A DNA stretch of 64,000 nt from assembly GCA_964016885.1 (NCBI GenBank), contig OZ024744.1:63736001-63800000 (forward strand), written 5' to 3'. The position numbers and the translations under genes were made by a program. The notes beneath the pieces are model-generated. The model ran no database searches. It was not told where the DNA came from and saw only the letters and a program-made list of their open reading frames with translations. Source of the DNA: Eledone cirrhosa (Eukaryota). The stretch's first letter is position 1; every line of letters begins with the position of its first letter. Positions 26,346-38,630 of this stretch are shown in pieces.

Positions 26346-28633
26346 TTGTTAGTAGCGGTGTTGATGGTGTCAAACAGTGGTATTATCTCTGTTTAGTTAG
26401 TCTGTAAATGTCAGCTGTGCAAGAACCAAATAACTGAATGGAGAATGGAAATTCAATGAATCTAATTGATGCAGCTGCCATGGTTTTCACTCACCAACAA
26501 CATCGTATGGTAAAAACAATTTCTCATTTATCTTAAAACCCTTTTATTTCCTTCCTTTAATAGTAAATAGTAGTAATAATTGTTTCTACTTCTGACCAGC
26601 AATTATCTCAGTACATTACTGGTACTTTATTTTATCGACCCCGTAAGGATGAAAGGCAAAGTTAACCTCGGCGGGATTTGAACTCAGACTGTAATAGTAG
26701 TAATAATATTTATCTTTCATCCTTACGGGGTCGATAAAATAAAGTACCAGTCGATAAAATAAAGTACCAGTAATGTACTGGCTAATTGCTGGCCTTGTGC
26801 CTAAAGTAGAAACAATTATTATTATGGATTTTTCTTGTTATTTTGTTATTGTTATTTATATTTTTTACACGTTGTACATGTACCCCCCTCCCCCACTGTC
26901 CCTGTCTATTGTATTGTTCCCTATATGTCGGCCCTTGTGGCCAATAAAGAAATTATTATTAATATTATTATTTATTAATAGCCATAAACGTATATTTCTC
27001 TCTATATTTTTGTTTCTGTCTGTCTGTATGTATCTTTTCTGTAGTTATCTATCTATCTATCTGTCCATTGTCATGATCAAACCGCCACCCTCCTTCAAAA
27101 ACGAAGAAGAGGCAGTTTTCCTTTGTGTGATAGCTATGGCGAAAGAGGTTGTATGGTGGACAAGGTTGAAAGGGCTGAGGTCAGACACCTTTCTCTCCGG
27201 CCAACAACTGATACTTGTTTTCAAATACCACTTTGTTAGAAGAGTCAGGATGGGGAGAGAGGTGCTGTACCCCAGCAAGTTTTATGAAAGGTGGGTGAAA
27301 GTGGCGAGAATGGCCCGAGTGAATGGGCCTTCTCTCTATATCAGCCTGTAGGTTGAGGAAAAGGAGGAGGAGAAGAAAGGAGTACAAACTCTTCGTACTC
27401 CTGGAGATGAGGGTTGCATATTTTTTCGGGGGTATGTGTTACCCATATGAACTGTCTCCCCTATTGGGGAAAATCGACTAATTTTTTAAATTGCATTTGT
27501 GTTAGTATTTTACACGTTTTTATTGTATGTAAACTTCCCCCTTTGTATTTGTCCCCTTCTTTTGTGCCTATGTGGCTAATAAAGAAACATATCTATCTAT
27601 CTATCTATATCAATTCATTTATTATTAGCCTATCTGTCTGTCTGTCTATCAATTAATCAATCTACCTACCTATCTATTAAACAATCTACCTGTCTACTTG
27701 CCAACCTACCTACCTACCTATCAATCTATCAATCATTTACCTACCTATATATCTATCAATCATCCACCTACTGATCTATCTATGTCTCTCTGTCTGTCTA
27801 GCTATACTCTTGGTGCTCCTGGAGATGAGGGTTGTACATTATTTCGGGGTGTGTACAACCCCTGTTTAACGACTCCCCCTCCCATACCTATTGGGGATTT
27901 CAATTGTTATTTGTTATTTTATTAGTAGTTTTATTTTCATATACCTGTATGTAAACTCCCCATTTGTATTTGTCCCCTTCTTTTGTGCCCTTGTGGCTAA
28001 TAAAGGAATTTATCTATCAATCCACCTATCTATCTAACCATCTATGAATCTGCCTGCCTACTTATCTATCTGTCTGTCTGGCTGTCTATAAATTAACGGG
28101 CATCAATCTCCCCGATCTTGAGGGTCTTCTTACAGACATTATGGCACTTGCCATTCTGAGTTCAAATCCCGCCGAGGTTAAACTTTGCCTTTCATCCTTA
28201 CGGGGGGGGGGGGGTTTCGAAAAAATAAGGTACCAGTAATGCACTGGGTAATTTGCTGGCCTTGTGTCAAAAGTAGAAACAATTATGTATGTATATAACA
28301 GAGTACTGGACTCTTGCTACATGTATGTTGGTAGGTACTTAGTGATATTTCCTGCATAGATGCAACGTATATACAATGCATGTGAAAGCTATATGAATGT
28401 ACGTACGTGACCAATTCAGTTTTGATATATCTTTCATTCTTTTTGCTAGATGTACTTTACTTCAATGACACAAATGTTGATAGTTATATTTGCTCTGGCT
28501 TAATACCTGACGTCACACCTTGTGCATATATGTGTGTGTGTGAGAGTTTATATATATATATATATGCATATTTCAATTAGAATGCTGTTTGGGGCGGAGG
28601 GGGGGGGGGCACCCTGTATATGTATATATATAT

Positions 28634-28759
28634 ATTGTTTCCGAAGAAGACGGTCTGATCGTACCTATATATGATGTTTGATAGTAAACAGTTATATAAA
28701 TGTTATAAATCAGGCAATATGTCAACATGATCAACCCTCTGAAACGATCGTAAAACAAT
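28634..28759 (+). ncRNA. Hammerhead motif with variant core and ~93-nt stem II domain
   Basis: ATTGTTT-CCGAAGA-AGAcGGT...ACCcTCT-GAA-ACGATCGT-A-AAACAAT; 7-bp stem I, palindromic stem III. Confidence 0.7.
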
Positions 28760-28815
28760 GATATGAATAGGTAAAATAACTTGACTTTGTTATTATTTTC
28801 ATTGTTAAATTAATA

Positions 28816-28864
<49 letters not shown>

Positions 28865-29011
28865 ATCCCGTTAAGAGTGAAAGCAGCGATTCTTTGCTTA
28901 AACTTTAATCTGTTATTTTAATAAATATTTGCTCTAGGGTTCTTATATATTTGATATATATTTATCTTTATCGAACCCTCTTTGGATTTTAGTCTTCACA
29001 TTTATTATTAT

Positions 29012-29079
<68 letters not shown>

Positions 29080-29133
29080 CGTTTCTGAATTTGTTTAGCA
29101 AAATTCTTTATCTGAAAACGTGTGTTGAAACCG

Positions 29134-29627
<494 letters not shown>

Positions 29628-30899
29628 GTTGAGTGTTACTTACCTGATATATGCCTTTCTATCTCCTTTTTTTCTTCATTATTAACCTTTTTGTTAGGGT
29701 GGTGGATTGGCAGTATCGGTAGAGGGTCGGACGCCATGTTTTCCAGCATAGTTACGTCCCTTTACGATCTGAGTTCAAATCCCGCCGAGGTTGACTTTGC
29801 CTTTCATCCTTACGGGGTCGATAAAATAAAGTACCAGTAATGCACTGGGTAACTGCTGGCCTTGTGCCTAAAGTAGAAACAATTATTAACCTTTTGTGAC
29901 CATATTCCTAATGAAATACACTTTTATTTCAACTGATAATGAATAATTTCGAGGTTTTTACTAAAACACTAAACATTATTTTATTACTCAGATAGTAACT
30001 TTAACATATAGTTCTTATATAAAATAATTGTTTCTACTTTTGGCACAAGGCCAGCAATTATCCCAGTACATTACTGGTACTTTATTTTATTGACCCTGTA
30101 AGAATGAAAGGCAAATTAACCTCGGCGGGATTTGAACTCAGACTGTAAAAATAATGTTGGAAGATTTCAATTTAAATAGGAACCTTTTAAAATGGGTGGT
30201 ATTGTTTCAGAGAACCAGAACCTGTTATGACTGGGTTGGTCTTAAAAGGGGTTAAACTCTTGCCCCTTATGCTCTAAACACCCAAAACACATCTATTTCT
30301 ATACCCGCTACAATTTATGTACATGTTATGTTTATCGCATATCGAAGTTTTTAATATCTTGGTTGATATTTGATAACAACAGCTAAACTAACCACAACTA
30401 AATTGACCAAATTTGCACCCGCCCCCACCCCCCATTCAGAAATGCTTCCACCGCCCTTCATCACTAACATAACAATAATGTTCTTTTATCTCTCACCCCT
30501 CTTTTTCTCTCTATTCTTCTCCCCCCTATTATTCGTTCTTATCACACCCACTGTCCTTATTACCAAATCGAACCATGTCTCTATTAAACATTCCTACGTC
30601 ACGTGTCTTTGTTGTGTACCATATTGTTGTGTACCATATTGTATAAAAAAGGTATAACAACAACAACGATAATAATAATTATTTCCACTTTTGGCACAAG
30701 GCCAGCAATTATCCCAGTGCATTACTGGTACTTTATTTTATCGACCCCGTAAGGATGAAAGGCAAAGTTAACCTCGGCGGAATTTGAACTCAGACCGCAA
30801 AGAGCCGTAACTCTATGTTGCAAAGCATGGCGTCCGACCCTCTACCGATACTGCCAATCCAATTTCTTTAATAATATTATTTCTTTTTAGTGATCTTTT

Positions 30900-31410
30900 C
30901 TTCTTCCTCGCCCACTTATTCCCGAGAGGGCCCTGGGGTTAGAGTCCCCAAACACTCCTTCCACCGGGTTCTGTCAGAAGCAACCACCCCCAACTGATCC
31001 GGCTGGATCCCCAAGCGAGACCAGCCAAGCTCATGGCTGTTATCCAACCATCTTGCTCGGGGTCTACCCCCGGGTCTCCTGTCAGTTGGTTTTGCCCATA
31101 AAATCTGTCCAGTAAAATCTTTCTTGAGACATTCTAACCACATGCCCACAGTATCAGAGCTGTGATCTCTCAATTCAGAGAAGTAGTGGCTATACCAGGA
31201 GTGACTCTCCGATGTCCGAGTCACACACTCTATCGAGTAACGTTACTCCAAAGACCCTTCGGAGGAACCCCAATTCAGCCGCTTGTTTTTGCGATCATAT
31301 TCTTTCGGTCATTACCCAAGATTTATGACCATAAGGGTTAGCACGAATACCGAAATGAAGATAACAAGTTTAGCTTTTACACCTACCCCCTTTCTTTTAC
31401 CGAATGCTAA
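30900..31410 (-). mobile_element. RTE-type LINE 3' fragment
   Basis: KPTDRRPGGRPRARWLD...ASDRTRWK C-terminal motif. Confidence 0.7.
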
Positions 31411-31654
31411 AGCTGGCGCATTACTGCACACATATAATTGTGCACAAGGCCAGCAATTACCCAGTGCATTACTGGTACTTTATTTTATCGACACCGTAAG
31501 GATGAAAGGCAGCGTTAACCTAGGCTGGATTTGAACTCAGATCATAAAGAGACGTAACTCTATGCTTCAAAGCATGGTGTCCGACTCTCTACCGATACTG
31601 CCAATCCACCTGCACACATATAATGATAATTATTGTTATTTACTTTATTCCATA

Positions 31655-31775
31655 AGGCTTTGCTTCACTGACAGCTCGCCTAACAGAGGTAACTGGTGAT
31701 GCTCGTGAGGGCGCTTGGTTGTTTCAACTCCTCAGCCTCGCCATCACTCGAGGTAACGCTACGAGTGTGCTGGCT
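31655..31775 (+). pseudogene. CRE-clade non-LTR retrotransposon extreme C-terminus
   Basis: RLTEVTGDAREGAWLFQLLSLAITRGNATSVL matches the ..L.QR.S.AI.RGNA..V end of CRE restriction-like endonuclease domains. Confidence 0.65.
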
Positions 31776-32949
31776 TGCCTAAAAAATTATTAGAGACGTT
31801 TTCCACTGCTCCTCGCGATACCGTTATTTTTTGCTCTGGTAGCGGCTCGTTTGTCCACCCATATCGCCTGCCTTTTTTTGTATGTGGTCCTAGATGTATG
31901 GATAGTGAATTTCCGTTATAACGAAATTCACGGAGTATAAAAAAATTTCGCTGTAACAAAATTTCTTTATAACGAGATCGACTGAAACAAATCGAGTATT
32001 TCTTTATTACCCCGGGGATAGAAAAACATTTCGTTTTACTGAAAATTTCTTTATAATGGGATTCGTTATAACGAAATTTTACCTGTATTACCTGCTTATG
32101 TGTTTTTTCTTTTTTCCTTTCCCTTTTCTTTCTCTTTTTTAATTATTTGTAATGTTATTTATACAACTCTTCAGTAAATAAAAAATTATCTTACCTAACT
32201 TTATACATATATGTGTAATAATAATAATATTTATACTTATATATGGCTTATATATAATTATAAATATAGAGGGTAGTACTAAACACTAGCCAATTACCGG
32301 TAAGAGAAATATAAAAATTCTTGAATGACAATAACCTATCTAATTTAATTATGTTTAAAATATAAAAATTCTTGAATGACAATACCTATCTAATTTAATT
32401 ACGTTTAAAATATAAAAATTATTGAATGACAATAACCTATCTAATTTAATTACGTTTTTTGCATTACACAACATCTATCTATTTTATCACCACATATTTC
32501 TCTACCATATTGCATGCCATTTTAAAAATTTCTAACACTTTTAACATGCTTTAACATTCTATATGAAATATGCTTGATTCATTTATTATATAACTCTTAC
32601 CTCATGCATACCTTTATTAATTTTATTAACTTTTGCATTATATATACCCTTAACATTACCTACTTTTCAATGCTATGATATCTTTTAACTATCTTATCTT
32701 ACATCTTTTTTGCTTGCATCTTTTGCACATGTATTACCTTAAACAATATTTTTATATGTTCAATATTTCACTTTTCACCATTGCTCCTGATACTGTGTTT
32801 TCTGTAGCATAACATCCTTTCGTAACTCCTGCTTTTCTATATGATGTCAATGACACTAGCAATAGTTATGTATCTATATAAACATTTGAGTTATATATAA
32901 TTTTATATTTGCTATGACATTGACCTATTAAAAAGCCACGAAACAGTAC

Positions 32950-33440
32950 TCCAGGAGCTCACTACCAGACTAGAAAAAGTATCAGGAGCATATGGAATGG
33001 AGATCAGCTTAGAAAAGAGTAAGATTCTGGTTAATAGTCTTAATCAGAATATAGCAATCAACAGCCTGCTAAACAGAGGTAGACTTGAAGAAGTGGACTC
33101 CTTCAAATACCTAGGAGCCACTCTGAACAAATGCGGCAGATCTCAAAAGAAGATACTGACATGACTCACCCTGGCCATTTCTGCAATGGTAAAGCTGAAT
33201 ATCATATGGAAAAGCAACTCCATCAGTTTTCCGCCAAAGCTCAAATTATACAAGTCCTTGGTGACTTCCACCCTTTTATATGGGTGTGAGAGTTGGACTC
33301 TCACAGCTGACATGGAATGAAGAATCCAGTCATTCAAGCACAGATACCTCAGAAGGTTGCTAAACATCCTGTACACAGAACACAAAACAGCTTTATCAGA
33401 CATCCAGTTTACAAATATGCTGGCAGACAATAACCACTCC
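32950..33440 (+). pseudogene. RTE-type LINE RT C-terminal fragment
   Basis: AYGMEISLEKSKILV...LEEVDSFKYLG...KLKLYKSLVTSTLLYGCESWTL, with stops. Confidence 0.85.
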
Positions 33441-34111
33441 TTATGATCATCATCATTTTACGTCCGCTTTTCCTTGCTTGCAAGGGTGGGACGGGAACTG
33501 ATTCTGGCTTGATTTCTACAGCTGGATGCCCTTCCTAACACCAACCTCATTTACAGTGAGTGCTGGGTGCTTTTTTTTCCGTGGCGCCTACACGTCCACT
33601 TTACAGTGTAGGCTGGGTGCTTTTTTGCTGTGGCACCTCCACGACCACTTTGCACTGGAATGATAGGGACCCCAGTCCCTATCATCTCATTCCTACAGCT
33701 GAGTAAACTGGAGCAATGTGAAATAAAGTGTCTTGCTCAAGGAAGCAACACATCACCCGGTCTGAGAATTGAACTCACCTTTCGATTGCAAGGCCAATAC
33801 TCTAACCACTAAGCCATGTGCCTTCACATGATATATATATATATATATATAAACGGAAAAAATGAAACGAAATTTCATTTCCCACTCTTAGTACGGCTGT
33901 TACTTAAATATAAGTATGTACACGTACATACATATATGTACACAGACGTACAGTAGTATGTATATGTATATACATACATGCACATATATATATATGTACG
34001 TATGAATTCACCGAACATTTATTATAATGCTCGGTGTGTTTGTAAACATCCCGTATTAAGCCGTAGTATCCAGCAACCATCGTTGCTCGTTTGTTCAACA
34101 CTGACAAAGGA

Positions 34112-34150
34112 ACTGTACTAGTTTCAAGCTTATTAGCTATCGTCAGCAAC
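34112..34150 (-). ncRNA. Minimal hammerhead ribozyme motif
   Basis: GTTG-CTGACGA-t-AGCT aata AGCT-t-GAA-ACTAGT-A-CAGT. Confidence 0.78.
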
Positions 34151-34250
34151 GTATACCTTCCTGCCAGATTGTTGAACGTATATACTTACCTTATGCATAT
34201 TAACGGCTGAGTAGCCCAATTTGCATATCGAGTGGGTTAATCGGCCGTTA

Positions 34251-34289
34251 ATTGCTGACGATAGCTAATAAGCTTGAAACTAGTACAGC
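34251..34289 (+). ncRNA. Minimal hammerhead ribozyme motif
   Basis: TTG-CTGACGA-t-AGCT aata AGCT-t-GAA-ACTAGT-A-CAG. Confidence 0.78.
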
Positions 34290-34510
34290 GTTCCTTTGTC
34301 AGTGTTGAACAAACGAGCAACGATGGTTGCTGGACACTACGGCTTAATACGGGATGTTTGTTTACAAACACACCGAGCATTATAATAAATGTTCGGTGAA
34401 TCCATACGTACATATATATATGTGTGAATGTATGTATATATATATACATACTACTGTACGTCTGTATACATATATGTATGTACGTGTACATACTTATATA
34501 TATATATATA

Positions 34511-35303
34511 TAAATACAATATCGGAGAAAGCTTTTTAGCGATACTCCGGCCAAATTCCAACTCACTCAACAAACATTAGGAAATAAGTGATTATATTCC
34601 CAATTATGTGTTCGGGGTGCTAACTAAAAGTATTGCGTGGAAAATTGGCTGTATTATTTCAAATGAGACATATCTAATATATCTCTTCCCAGACGGACGT
34701 CTCGTTTCATTATAGGACTCCTACAATTTGGGTGAAATTATACCAATTTATGTAGGAGCTTGTATACCATCAATAGATATATATTCAAGTGGGCTCCTAT
34801 AATTCATCAGTGGGTGCCCCAATAATACTAATATTGATAATCTAACCAACATCAGCATTTAGCGATAATCACTTTCTGTGCCTGAGGTATCTGTCAGGTA
34901 GCCAGTCCAGCAGTTCTGAAAGAAGTGCTCGAACTGATTCAAAAAATGAGGAAGTGAATTACCGCCAAAAAAAAAACAATACATGCGCGTGACAATGAAC
35001 TCTGAAAGGAATTCAGGCCACGTGCTAAGAACTCAATTGGAAATTGAAAAAATATCTATGTGTGTACAACATTTGATGACACACACAGATATTTTCTCGG
35101 GCAAAATAACAGAATGAGATATAAGGAACAATCAATATTCATATATAAAAAATAAACAAAGAAATGCTAACCTTATACCGGGAATTTTTTTCAAATCTGC
35201 TGCGCCAAGAGTAAGTAAATAAATACAATATCGGAGAAAGCTTTTTAGCGATACTCCGGCCAAATTACAACTCACTCAACAAACATTAGGAAATAAGTGA
35301 TTA
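34511..35303 (-). mobile_element. Terminally redundant non-coding unit (84-bp direct repeats, 709-bp period) containing an HHR
   Basis: 34511-34594 and 35220-35303 differ at about one base; HHR at 34688-34814 between them. Confidence 0.65.
34688..34814 (-). ncRNA. Type I hammerhead ribozyme motif, ~95-nt stem II domain
   Basis: CCCA-CTGATGA-ATTATAGGA...TCCTATAAT-GAA-ACG agacgtc CGT-C-TGGG; 9-bp perfect stem II base, GUC site. Confidence 0.85.
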
Positions 35304-35385
35304 GGGTCCACGGCAGAAGGGACACACACACACACATATACATATATGTGTGTGTGTCTGTTTATATATATATATATATAAACAG

Positions 35386-35416
<31 letters not shown>

Positions 35417-36184
35417 CATATATGTGTGTGTGTCTGTTTATATATATATATAAACAGACACACACACATATATGTATATGTGTGTGTGTGTGTGTGTGTC
35501 CTTTCTGCCGTGGACCCTCAACTCTTAATGGAACTATAGGGTGTCTCTCTCCGAATTTGGCAACAAAATTCTTCCAAACAGAGAGAGAGAGAGGTGGTGG
35601 AGGGGGGGGGGGGAGAAGAACCGTTCTTAATATTGAACTGGTATTTTGTTTATTGACCTCAAAAAGACGAAAAGGAAGCTTGGCCTCGGCGGGATTTGAG
35701 CTCAGAACCTAGAGAACCAGATCAAATTCCAAACAACTTAAACTTAAACATGCAAATCTTATGCTTTCAGTTAAAGTGAAAGCAAAAATTAGTTTGAAAA
35801 AAGTTGCCTCTGCATGAGTTATCAGCGGCGGTGGTGGTGGTGGTTGGCTTCTACTCTGAAGACTGTTAACCAGCTCTAGTGAGAGTTTCTTAATACTTAA
35901 TACTATATGCACTCATCAAATCTATACTGAGACTGCTGCATGTTCTGAGAACGTTTAGCTCTTATTTGTAAATTCAATGTTCGTGTGTGTGTAGGTATTT
36001 AGGTAGATAAATAGATGGACTTTACATGTAATTCATATATATATATATGAAATAGCGATGTATACATGAATGTATGTATAGTATATTTGGCAATATACCA
36101 TATGTTTAATTAAAAACATTTACGCTATCAGTTTTAAAGTAGTGACTATGTCACTTACTTCTTTTCGGCGAAAGAAGGGAGAGA

Positions 36185-36226
36185 AGCTGATAGTCTGTTT
36201 CACGCTGGTTGGCGTTCATCAGAGCC
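36185..36226 (-). ncRNA. Minimal hammerhead ribozyme motif
   Basis: GGCT-CTGATGA-ACGC caacca GCGT-GAA-ACAGACTAT-C-AGCT; one stem III mismatch. Confidence 0.72.
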
Positions 36227-36247
36227 ACGTACTCCCCTGCTTTCGCC

Positions 36248-36303
<56 letters not shown>

Positions 36304-36333
36304 GTCATTTTTTATTCAGTTGTATAAATAACA

Positions 36334-37525
36334 CTAGCAGTGTATCCCGGCGTTGGACGGGTAAGAACATTGGTAATAGCACCTCCAATGAGAAACGTTT
36401 ATTTGTGAGAGCCTGTTAAAAACTCACGAAAATATACCTATTGGAGTAAATGTGAAAGAGAAAGTCATAGGTTAAGTTGGCAGAAGGTTTCAGTGTCATA
36501 GCAGTAAGGCATAGGCTACTTACCTCAAAAGTTCATTCGCGCTCTTTCCACTAAGTTACTCTTTCTCTTTATCCCTCTCGGTGCAGTCCCTTGCGAATTT
36601 CTCGCATAGGCCTGGTGTAGATTTGCACCTGATCCATCTGCCCGATGCACATGTCCGCTTTGTACGGCTTTTGATGGAAGGAGTGACCAGCAGTATGTTG
36701 TTCGGTATTATTACGAAAAGGTGTAGCAGAGAATCCCGCGTGAACTAACATTTGCCATCGTTCTTGTCAACGTTATGTTTAGTTGGTATTTGTTGGTCTA
36801 CAGTTAGATGAATGGCGCACAAAGGGTTAATGTTTATTGGCAAGAAGTTTTTTGATTAATAAAAGACGGGTTAAAGTGACCTACAATGTATCATTCTGCG
36901 TTGATGTTAACGGTTTTCATTATTGTCAATTGTTTTTTGGGCGGCAAATTCGAGACCCTTCTGTTTCTCCCTCAATAAACTGACTCCTATGAAGACCATT
37001 CCATGTTGGCCTGCGGATGGAAATGCAGAACGCAAAGGTGAAAGTTCAGTGGTAATGGGAGTCCTATGTAGCAGCAGTAACATTGACATTGCTTACAGCG
37101 TGTGCTTTCACCCTTAACGGGATCTTCTCAAACTAAAAAAATCTGTGAACGCAGAAGTAAATATTTCGAAATACATTGCAACCAAAAGAAAACAGGAAGA
37201 TGATACCTTGGTTCGTGAAGACGTTCCCTGGCAATGAACGGAAAATAGCGAAAATAATACATCAGTAATGAGAACAATGTTTGTCATAATGTCGTAATGC
37301 AGACAGCCAGACATACAGAGATATATTATAAAGGCGCGATGGAGATCGATAACCGACGCCTTTAACAACAGAACATTGAAAAATAAAATCTGCAGTTAAT
37401 ATCTTTAGACCGCAAGGAATATATAAATGCAAGTTTGAAGTCAATCGGAGTATAAATGTGGATTTGTATAGACTTTGCAAAAATTAGGACACACAGACAA
37501 TTTCAGTTCTATATATATGTATAGA
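36334..37525 (-). mobile_element. Non-autonomous Helitron, both termini present
   Basis: Minus strand begins A|TCTATACATATAT and ends CCCGTCCAACGCCGGG...CTAG|T; AT target site, no TSD. Confidence 0.85.
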
Positions 37526-37799
37526 TTACAAATTGTTCACAATTCTTTCTGAATGAAAATATGATCATTTACTAGTGCTAGAAACTTTACAAATACAACG
37601 CACCAAAATATACAACCAAAGCGAGAGAAAGAAAAAAAAAGGAGGGAAACAAAAACAAAAACCACGATCAATTCACCACCAAGTGTGTCAATCGGCTGCA
37701 CATCATAAGGGTTAATAGAAATCTTTGCGGCAAGACAATACACTTGCAGCATTACCACGGGCGATGTCAAGGTTAGGGCACTGGAACAACCAGACACCC

Positions 37800-38630
37800 T
37801 TAACGGGCATTACCTGACCTCAGTAAGGCAAGCCGCCAAAGATGACGAGAGCTTCGCTGTCAGCGGACCAACTCCACCTAATGTCTCGAACGCCACCGGC
37901 TGGAAAAAATAATTGTTTGATAGTTCCCGGCATTTTAGGGTTTTATTCCGTTTGGTAACAACAGTAGTGACCCCCCACATTTATCGCGGTGTCCATGATG
38001 TAGGAAGAAGCAAAAGAATCACTGAAGTGACGTCCCAGATGAGACGCCTGCCTCTTACCCAAGGACAAAGAGTAAGGCCGCCTGGTTTCTTCTCATCATT
38101 TCTGGATAATCCAGCCGGCTCCAGAACTGAGGGGATATTTACCCGAGCTAGGGCTTGCTTAATGATCAGGTTTAGCTTGGTGTGATGGGCGAAGCGACCA
38201 GCATTCAGGCAGCAGAACAAACGATGGAGGCCTGTGGAGTCGAGGGACGTCTCACAGTGACATCTCAGACCGCCACAGACATCGGCTCCCAATTGGAGTG
38301 CAATGGAGATGCGGAGCTAGTCCTGGCTGAGAAGACCACCAATGCTGGCCCAGGCAGGACACCATTCCAGTCCCCTGAGAAAGTAAGCGGCACCTAGAAA
38401 ATTGATCAGGATGATCAAAGATCGAGTTAAATGTTTTGCTCGAACGCAGATTGTCCCATACTCACTGCTTCTGTCTAACCTCATCAGTATCGGGGACTGA
38501 CAAACCCAGCTCTCTCCACTGTAGTAAAGCTTTATCCATTCCCTGGTGTAACTAGTCCATGTTGGAAAGGAGAGGGTGTCGCTCACTAAAGGGGAGGAAA
38601 CGTGGATGGAGGAAAGAAAGCAAGGTAGTG
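37800..38630 (-). pseudogene. CRE-clade non-LTR retrotransposon C-terminal remnant (zinc knuckle plus restriction-like endonuclease)
   Basis: CHC...DSTGLHRLFC, AGRFAHH.KLN.IIKQAL...LEPAGL.R.D.KKPGG.TL.PW..G..LIWDVT, then FQPVAFETLG. Confidence 0.8.

Larger units (their letters stand above)
33908..34500. repeat. Long inverted repeat (~240-bp arms), each arm carrying an intact HHR
   Basis: 33908-34149 vs 34252-34500; ~100-bp spacer. Confidence 0.88.

Noticed and set aside
25363-26407. 331-336 aa Thr/Ser/Gly- or Leu/Val-rich ORFs as mucin-like genes
   Set aside because: Open on both strands only because of trinucleotide repeats; no supporting gene structure
32783-32960. GCTCCTG/CAGGAGC pairing with a downstream GAAAC as a long hammerhead
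   Set aside because: No CUGANGA core in register and no valid stem III
35771-35817. Possible terminal exon (ctttcag then KVKAKISLKKVASA-stop)
   Set aside because: Too short, no recognisable homology, no supported upstream partner exon
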